IMG/VR virus record: IMGVR_UViG_3300031942_000024
Location: 1 to 38,902 of that record
DNA length: 38,902 nucleotides
Origin: a virus
Lineage: Duplodnaviria > Caudoviricetes
Direction: 5' to 3' (one strand)
Part shown: one piece after another, positions 33,493 through 38,902 of the stretch
How positions within the stretch are numbered: the first letter of the stretch is position 1
How the letters are laid out: every line of letters begins with the position of its first letter
The notes under the pieces: model-generated
The model's database searches: none
What the model saw: only the letters and a program-made list of their open reading frames with translations
Told to the model about the DNA's origin: nothing
Translations under genes and position numbers: made by a program

Positions 33493-35690
33493 AGATCAGT
33501 CTGCCGCATAACGACTGGCGGCCGCGGCCGCATCAGATGGCACTGTGGCGCTATCTGGCGCAGGGCGGCAAGCGCGCGATGGCGGTGTGGCATCGCCGCG
33601 CCGGCAAGGACGAGATCTGCCTGCACCACGCCGCGGTGTCGCTCGCGACCCGCCGCGGCAATTACTGGCACTGTCTCCCCGAGTATGCGCAGGGCCGCAA
33701 GGCGATCTGGACCGCGGTGAATCCGCATACCGGCAAGCGCCGGATCGACGAGGCGTTTCCGCCGGCGTTTCGCGAGAACACCAACGACAACGAGATGTTT
33801 CTGCGTTTCCTCAACGGTTCGACCTGGCAGGTGATCGGCAGCGATCGCTACAACGCCACGGTCGGCGCCGGTGTCGCCGGCATCACCTATTCGGAATACG
33901 CGCTGAGCAATCCCAGCGCCTGGGCGTTTCATCGCCCAATGCTTGAAGAGAACGACGGCTGGGCCTGTTTCATCTCGACGCCGCGCGGTCGCAATCACGC
34001 TTACGAAATGGCGAAGTATGCGCAAGCGCAGCCGGGCTGGTTTTACGAGCGGCTGACCGCGGTCGACACCGGGGCGCTGTCGGCCGAGCAGCTCGCCGCC
34101 GCCGAGGCCGAGTACATCGCGCTGTACGGCCTCGACCAGGGCGCTGCGCAGTTTCGCCAGGAGTATCTCTGCGACTGGGCCAGTGCGCTGCTCGGTTCGT
34201 TCTACGCCGCCGAAATGGCCGCGGTGCGCGACGAGGGCCGTATTACCGAGCTGGCCGAGCCGGATCTGTCGAAGCCGGTGCATCGCGCCTGGGATCTCGG
34301 TGTCACCGACGATACTTCGGTCTGGTTTTTCCAGCCGCGCGGCGCGCAGCTCTTGATCGTCGACCATCTCAGCGCCTCCGGTGTCGGCGTGGAATGGTAT
34401 CGCGACGAGATCTTCCAACGTCATTCCGTGCGAGGTTGGAGCCATGGCAACGACTACGTGCCACACGACGCCAAGGTCAAGGAGTGGGGGACTGGACGCA
34501 CGCGCGTCGAGACAATGCAAGGACTTGGTCTCAAGCCTCTGCTCGTCCCGCTTGCTTCCGTCCAGGATGGCGTTAACGCCGTTCGAAGAACTCTACCTCT
34601 ATGCGTGTTTCATCCACGCTGTGAAGACAGTGGCATCAGCGCGCTTGAGCAGTATCGCCGCGAGTGGGACGACGAGCGCAAGGCGTTCAAGCCATCGCCC
34701 CACCACGACTGGACGAGCCACGCCTGTTTCATAGGTGATACACAAGTATTGACGCGTTACGGAACGCAACGGATAATGGACCTCCCTCAGACAGGAGAGG
34801 TTCTGACCCCATGCGGATGGAAGCGGTATCACAGCCCGCGCATGACACGGAGAAATGCCCAACTTGTGGAGGTGGTGTTTACAGACGGTCTTACGGTGAG
34901 ATGTACGCCGGATCATTTATTCAAAACGGCAAGCGGGTGGAAATCCGCCGAGTCCCTCACGAAGGGTTCGTTGATCCAATCGTCCTTGACATTATCACAC
35001 AGTATTTCGATGGCGGCCTCTATCGCATGTGGCCTGGGGCACCGTATTACACTCGCGGCGGCAAGACAGTGCATCGCGATGTTTGGAAGATGGCATTTGG
35101 AGACATTCCTACCGGGTGTCACATTCATCACAAAGATAGCGACCCAGCCAACAATCGGCTTGATAACCTGGAATGCCTCCCAGCCAGCGAGCATATGTCA
35201 ATCACATGGAACGGCACACGCGCGAAACGTGCAACCAACGGGTATTTTACGCAGGCTGCGAGGGATGCCGCTACTGAATGGCATAAGTCGGAAGAAGGAC
35301 GACTGTGGCATAGACGTCATGCCAGGCGATCAAAGGGTTGGCTTAAATGGAAGCGCGAGGAACGGTCGTGTCCTCAGTGTGGAAAGAAGTTCAACGCTCT
35401 CGTTCGTAAGAGCGGCGCTGCACAAATTTATTGCCATCCTAATTGTAAAGCCGCTGCGTATCGAGCGCGTCGATAGGCTCAGTCATTGCGAAGATGTTTA
35501 TTGTCTTACAGTCCCCGACGAGGAAGCGTTTTCATTAGCGAATGGTGCTATCGTTCATAACTGCGACAGCTTCCGCTACCTTGCCCAGGCCTGGCGAGCC
35601 GCTCCGCGGCCCCGGCCGCAAGAGCCGCCGCGCGACGGCTGGGTGATCCCGCCGCCGACTGAGCCGCAACGCAGGAGGATCGTGCTGTGA
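33489..35690 (+). CDS. terL: terminase large subunit, intein-containing (454 aa after splicing)
   Basis: HRRAGKD Walker A, YSEY Walker B, ISTPRGRNH, AWDLG, PHDA; removing the intein restores HDWTSHA/CDSFRYLA. Confidence 0.95.
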   Translation: MKISLPHNDWRPRPHQMALWRYLAQGGKRAMAVWHRRAGKDEICLHHAAVSLATRRGNYWHCLPEYAQGRKAIWTAVNPHTGKRRIDEAFPPAFRENTNDNEMFLRFLNGSTWQVIGSDRYNATVGAGVAGITYSEYALSNPSAWAFHRPMLEENDGWACFISTPRGRNHAYEMAKYAQAQPGWFYERLTAVDTGALSAEQLAAAEAEYIALYGLDQGAAQFRQEYLCDWASALLGSFYAAEMAAVRDEGRITELAEPDLSKPVHRAWDLGVTDDTSVWFFQPRGAQLLIVDHLSASGVGVEWYRDEIFQRHSVRGWSHGNDYVPHDAKVKEWGTGRTRVETMQGLGLKPLLVPLASVQDGVNAVRRTLPLCVFHPRCEDSGISALEQYRREWDDERKAFKPSPHHDWTSHACFIGDTQVLTRYGTQRIMDLPQTGEVLTPCGWKRYHSPRMTRRNAQLVEVVFTDGLTVRCTPDHLFKTASGWKSAESLTKGSLIQSSLTLSHSISMAASIACGLGHRITLAAARQCIAMFGRWHLETFLPGVTFITKIATQPTIGLITWNASQPASICQSHGTAHARNVQPTGILRRLRGMPLLNGISRKKDDCGIDVMPGDQRVGLNGSARNGRVLSVERSSTLSFVRAALHKFIAILIVKPLRIERVDRLSHCEDVYCLTVPDEEAFSLANGAIVHNCDSFRYLAQAWRAAPRPRPQEPPRDGWVIPPPTEPQRRRIVL
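34749..34803 (+). promoter_or_regulatory. internal sigma70-type promoter, SD and SD-sequestering hairpin for the nested HNH gene
   Basis: TTGACG (34749-34754)-N17-GATAAT (34772-34777); AGGAGAGG 34793-34800; stem 34778-34787 pairs with 34793-34803. Confidence 0.7.
34811..35476 (+). CDS. HNH homing endonuclease encoded out of frame, fully nested within the intein
   Basis: HRDVWKMAFGDIPTGCHIHHKDSDPANNRLDNLECLPASEH (HNH_3-type, 35072-35194); C-terminal CPQC...YCHPNC zinc finger; N-terminal CPTCG. Confidence 0.9.
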   Translation: MRMEAVSQPAHDTEKCPTCGGGVYRRSYGEMYAGSFIQNGKRVEIRRVPHEGFVDPIVLDIITQYFDGGLYRMWPGAPYYTRGGKTVHRDVWKMAFGDIPTGCHIHHKDSDPANNRLDNLECLPASEHMSITWNGTRAKRATNGYFTQAARDAATEWHKSEEGRLWHRRHARRSKGWLKWKREERSCPQCGKKFNALVRKSGAAQIYCHPNCKAAAYRARR

Positions 35691-35720
35691 CCGAACACGA
35701 TAGCGACGAGGTGGCCGGCC

Positions 35721-38039
35721 ATGGTTGACAGCGATGACGGCCGCGACGCCCCCGTCGCGGACGATATCACTTACGACGATCTGGAGTTCAATCCTAGCCT
35801 GGAGCCGAAGAGCGCCAAGGCCTGGATCAACCTGCTCGATGAAAGCCGCGACACTTTCAAGGACTACAACGATCATTGCGACAGGATCGAGGAGCGGCTC
35901 GCCAGCCTGGCGCGGCTTTCCAATCTCAACCGCGACAAGGAGTTCCAGATCTTCTGGGCCAACATGGAGGTGATCAAGCCGGCGGTCTACGCCCAGCCGC
36001 CGGTGCCGGTGGTCACCACCAAGTTCAAGGACCGCCGCCCGGTGCCGACCGCGGCCAGCGAATTCGTCGAGCGCTGCGCCATCGTGTCCTTCGATCTCGC
36101 CGACATCGACGAGTTGATGCTGCTGGTGCGCGACGATCTGGTGACTTTGAACCGTGGCGTGGCCTGGTGCCGTTACGAGGACGGCAAGGACGACGACAGC
36201 TATTATTCTTCGGAGCGCGTCTGCATCGACTTCAAGCAGCGCCGCGACTTTCTGCACAGCATCTCCAGGAATTGGCGCGAGACGACCTGGGTCGCGGCCG
36301 CCAGTTATCTGACCCGCGACGAGGCCCGCGAACGTTTTCATGACGCCTCGGGCGACGAGTATCAGCGCGCCGAGTACCGCGTCGACAAGGACAGCCAGGA
36401 GGTCGGCGGCGCCGACGCCCGCGAGCGCGCCTGCTTCTGGGAGATCTGGGACAAGAATTCGCGGCGCGTGGTGTGGGTCGCCGAGGGTTGCGAGAACATC
36501 CTCGACGAGGACAAGCCGCACCTCGATCTCAGAAATTACTTCCCCTGTCCGAAGCCGGCCTATGGCTGCGTGCAACGGGGATCATTGGTGCCGGTGCCGG
36601 ACGTGATGCAGTACCGCGATCAGCTCGAAGAGATCGACATGCTGACCGGGCGGATTCATGCGCTCAGCGACGCGATCGAGGTCAAGGGATTCTATCCAGC
36701 CGGCGGCGGCGAGGTGGCCGACGCGGTCAATGCCGCCCTCGCAATCAAGACGCCGGGCCGCGTGCTGGTGCCGATCTCGAACTGGGCGGCGTTCGGCAAC
36801 ACCAACGAGGTCATCATCTGGATGCCGATCGACATGATCTCGCAGGTCATCACAGGACTAGTTGCGCTGCGCAAGCAGGTGATCGACGACATCTATCAGA
36901 TCACCGGCCTCGCCGATATCATGCGTGGCGATACCGACCCGCGCGAGACGCTCGGCGCCCAGCAGATCAAGACGCAATACGGCACGACGCGGATCCGCGA
37001 CAAGCAGATGGAGCTGGCGCGGTTCGCCAAGGATCTGGTCGAGATCGCGGTCGAGATCATGAGCGAGAAATTCCAGCCGGCGACCCTGATCGAGATGAGC
37101 CAGACTCAGCTGCCGACCAATCGCATGGTCGAACAGCAGGCGCGCGAGATCATGATGCAGCTGCAAGCCCAGCAGCAGCAGATCAAGATGGTCGGTGCCA
37201 GTCCGCAGGGCCAGCAGATGCAGCAGGCGCAGCCGGAGATGGCGAGCCAGGCCGCCGACCAGGGCCAGCTGCAGATCGAGCAGGGTTTTCAGGCGCTCGA
37301 CAAGTTGCGCCGGCAGCCGACGGTCGAGCAGGTCATTACCTTCCTGAAGGACAATCGCGTGCGCGCCTTCGTGCTCGACATCGAGACCGACAGCACCATT
37401 CTGACCGACGAGAACCAGGAAAAGCAGCGCCGCACCGAGTTCGTCCAGGCACTCGGCCAGCTGTTGCCGCAGCTGGCGCAGATGATCGCGGCCGACCCCA
37501 AGACCGCGGATTTCTGCGGCCAGGTCTTGAAATTCGCCACCGCGCCGTATCGCGCCGGCCGCGAGCTGATGGCCTCGATCGATGATCTGATCGAGCAGAT
37601 GAAGGCCAAGGGCGATCAGCCGCAGGGCCCCGACGCCACCACCGCGGCGAACCAGACCGCGATCCAGATCGAGCAGATGAAATTGCAGGCGCAGCGCGAG
37701 AGCGACGCCGGCAAGATGCAGCTGGAGCAGGCCAAGCTGCAAATGCAGGATCGTCATCAGCAGCAGAAGATGGACCAGGATTTCCGCATCGCGATAATGG
37801 GCGTGCACCAAGACGGCGCCGCCAATCAGTCCGATATCGCGATTCAGGGCATGAAGATGCGCGAGAGCCAGGCCACGCATCAGGCCGACATCATGTCCAA
37901 CATCCAGAAGCAGCAGCTCGAACGTGAGAAGGCGCAGCATCAGATGATGCAGGCCGGCATGCGCGACGAGATGGCGCAGCGCGCCGCGATGGTCAAGGCG
38001 ATGCAGCCGCAGGTTGCGCCGGTCGGACCCGTGCGCTGA
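35721..38039 (+). CDS. portal protein
   Basis: Directly after terL; GAGGT SD; 772 aa with FWANMEVIKPA, FPCPKP, ITGLADIMRG and a long Gln-rich C-terminal helix (P22-like barrel). Confidence 0.9.
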   Translation: MVDSDDGRDAPVADDITYDDLEFNPSLEPKSAKAWINLLDESRDTFKDYNDHCDRIEERLASLARLSNLNRDKEFQIFWANMEVIKPAVYAQPPVPVVTTKFKDRRPVPTAASEFVERCAIVSFDLADIDELMLLVRDDLVTLNRGVAWCRYEDGKDDDSYYSSERVCIDFKQRRDFLHSISRNWRETTWVAAASYLTRDEARERFHDASGDEYQRAEYRVDKDSQEVGGADARERACFWEIWDKNSRRVVWVAEGCENILDEDKPHLDLRNYFPCPKPAYGCVQRGSLVPVPDVMQYRDQLEEIDMLTGRIHALSDAIEVKGFYPAGGGEVADAVNAALAIKTPGRVLVPISNWAAFGNTNEVIIWMPIDMISQVITGLVALRKQVIDDIYQITGLADIMRGDTDPRETLGAQQIKTQYGTTRIRDKQMELARFAKDLVEIAVEIMSEKFQPATLIEMSQTQLPTNRMVEQQAREIMMQLQAQQQQIKMVGASPQGQQMQQAQPEMASQAADQGQLQIEQGFQALDKLRRQPTVEQVITFLKDNRVRAFVLDIETDSTILTDENQEKQRRTEFVQALGQLLPQLAQMIAADPKTADFCGQVLKFATAPYRAGRELMASIDDLIEQMKAKGDQPQGPDATTAANQTAIQIEQMKLQAQRESDAGKMQLEQAKLQMQDRHQQQKMDQDFRIAIMGVHQDGAANQSDIAIQGMKMRESQATHQADIMSNIQKQQLEREKAQHQMMQAGMRDEMAQRAAMVKAMQPQVAPVGPVR

Positions 38040-38061
38040 TGTGACGAGGAGAACGACAATC

Positions 38062-38260
38062 ATGTCTAGAAGAGGAAAAGACGGCGTCTTCAATTATCGA
38101 ACGACAAGATGACGGCATCTGTGAAATGTGCGGGGCGAAAGAGGAATTGCGTCCCTATGGCCCAGGCGGGGCCAACGTTTGCTACGATTGCATGATGAAG
38201 AACGAAGACTACGCAAAAGAGCTGGTCCTTCGTCGCATCGATCTCCGACAGGGAGGATAG
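38062..38260 (+). pseudogene. small zinc-finger gene split by a +1 frameshift
   Basis: GAGGAG SD and ATG 38062 give MSRRGKDGVFNYRTTR*; the +1 frame gives IIERQDDGICEMCGAKEELRPYGPGGANVCYDCMMK...* with no start codon upstream of the first Cys pair. Confidence 0.6.
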
Positions 38261-38264
38261 TGTC

Positions 38265-38902
38265 GTGCCGGATCCTGGTCAGATGGGCGCATTGGCCGAT
38301 CAGGGCATCGACTGGTCGCGCTTCAATCAACCGTTCGGTCAGCTCGGTGATCCGAACCCGGTGCTGTATGGCCGCGGCTTGACCGCGATCCGCCAGGCCG
38401 ATCTCGATCGCGCGATCGATCTGGGCATGAGTTTTTCCGGCGGCGGCCTGGCGACCAAAGGGGTCGGGGCGCGGCCCGGAATGGCCGACGTGCTGACACT
38501 CAAGCCGGCGGCGCCGGCGATCGTGACGGCACCCGACGTCTCGGCCGCGGTGCCCTATGTCGGACCCGGCGCCGTGCGAGTCGCCAGTCCCGGCATCTAC
38601 AAGCGGCCCGACGTGATCGCGGCCGAGGCTGCGGCGCAGGTGGCGCCGGAGCACCCGGCGCTGAAGCAATTGTTCGGGGTCACGCGCCAGGATCTCTACG
38701 ACATCGGCGAGCAGGGTCGCCGCCAGGGCAACATCGAGACGCAATTGTGGGCGCCCGGCAAGGCCACCAAGATCAACCCGGCCGCGGCCGCGATCATGAA
38801 CCCGGCCAACGCGCAGCGCGTGCTCGACGTGATGGGCGAGGCGCAGAAGTATCCGCAGCTCTACAAGGGCATGGACGCCTGGTACGTCATGGATCCGATG
38901 TA
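38265..38902 (+). CDS. hypothetical protein, 3'-truncated by the window edge
   Basis: GGGAGG SD, GTG 38265; frame open to the end (MPDPGQMGALADQG...WYVMDPM). Confidence 0.7.
   Translation, partial: MPDPGQMGALADQGIDWSRFNQPFGQLGDPNPVLYGRGLTAIRQADLDRAIDLGMSFSGGGLATKGVGARPGMADVLTLKPAAPAIVTAPDVSAAVPYVGPGAVRVASPGIYKRPDVIAAEAAAQVAPEHPALKQLFGVTRQDLYDIGEQGRRQGNIETQLWAPGKATKINPAAAAIMNPANAQRVLDVMGEAQKYPQLYKGMDAWYVMDPM

Larger units (their letters stand above)
34725..35561 (+). mobile_element. intein (279 aa) in the TerL nuclease domain
   Basis: Block A CFIGDTQVLT, block B CTPDH, GWKSAESL..G, block F DVYCLTV, block G IVHN followed by +1 Cys; lower GC than flanks. Confidence 0.95.

Noticed and set aside
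34381-34734. Alternative-frame ORF just upstream of the intein
   Set aside because: Ser/Thr/Arg-rich with no motif or SD; nothing links it to the HNH gene.
34986-35015. Second TTGACA inside the intein
   Set aside because: No acceptable -10 hexamer at 16-18 nt spacing.
34725-35561. Group I intron or programmed frameshift explanation for the terL insert
   Set aside because: The terL frame is open throughout with complete intein blocks; I saw no clear slippery heptamer, and the HNH has its own promoter, SD and stop.
1-38902. Integrase, att site, tRNA genes or terminal repeats
   Set aside because: None recognised by eye; the two window ends do not overlap, so part of the genome is missing.

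Overview
The whole window is a high-GC tailed-phage genome segment with podovirus-like gene content, apparently circularly permuted: terminase and portal lie at the right end, scaffold and capsid at the left. An alphaproteobacterial host is a guess only. Modules: head, tail and ejection genes (1-17.5 kb, + strand); GH25 endolysin and small genes (17.5-20.4 kb); a divergent control region with an HTH gene (20.4-20.8 kb); a replication block (SNF2 helicase, family A DNA polymerase, putative SSB and DUF2800-like nuclease on - strand; VRR-NUC and primase-helicase on + strand) followed by an iteron/AT-rich origin-like region (30.1-30.5 kb); small early-type genes and a second HTH gene; then terS, terL and portal. 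The standout is a 279-aa intein in the terminase nuclease motif (34725-35561). Its HNH endonuclease is not in the intein frame but is a complete separate gene nested in another frame (34811-35476), with its own near-consensus sigma70 promoter, Shine-Dalgarno (SD) and SD-sequestering hairpin written inside intein block A codons. Other notable items: two adjacent duplicated-gene-start insertions around the tail fibre gene, a GGTCA-N3-TGACC palindrome in four places, a helix motif shared by the scaffold and putative internal virion proteins, and a frameshifted zinc-finger gene. No integrase, tRNA, CRISPR array or reverse transcriptase was seen. All product calls come from motifs and synteny recognised by eye; no database search was run.
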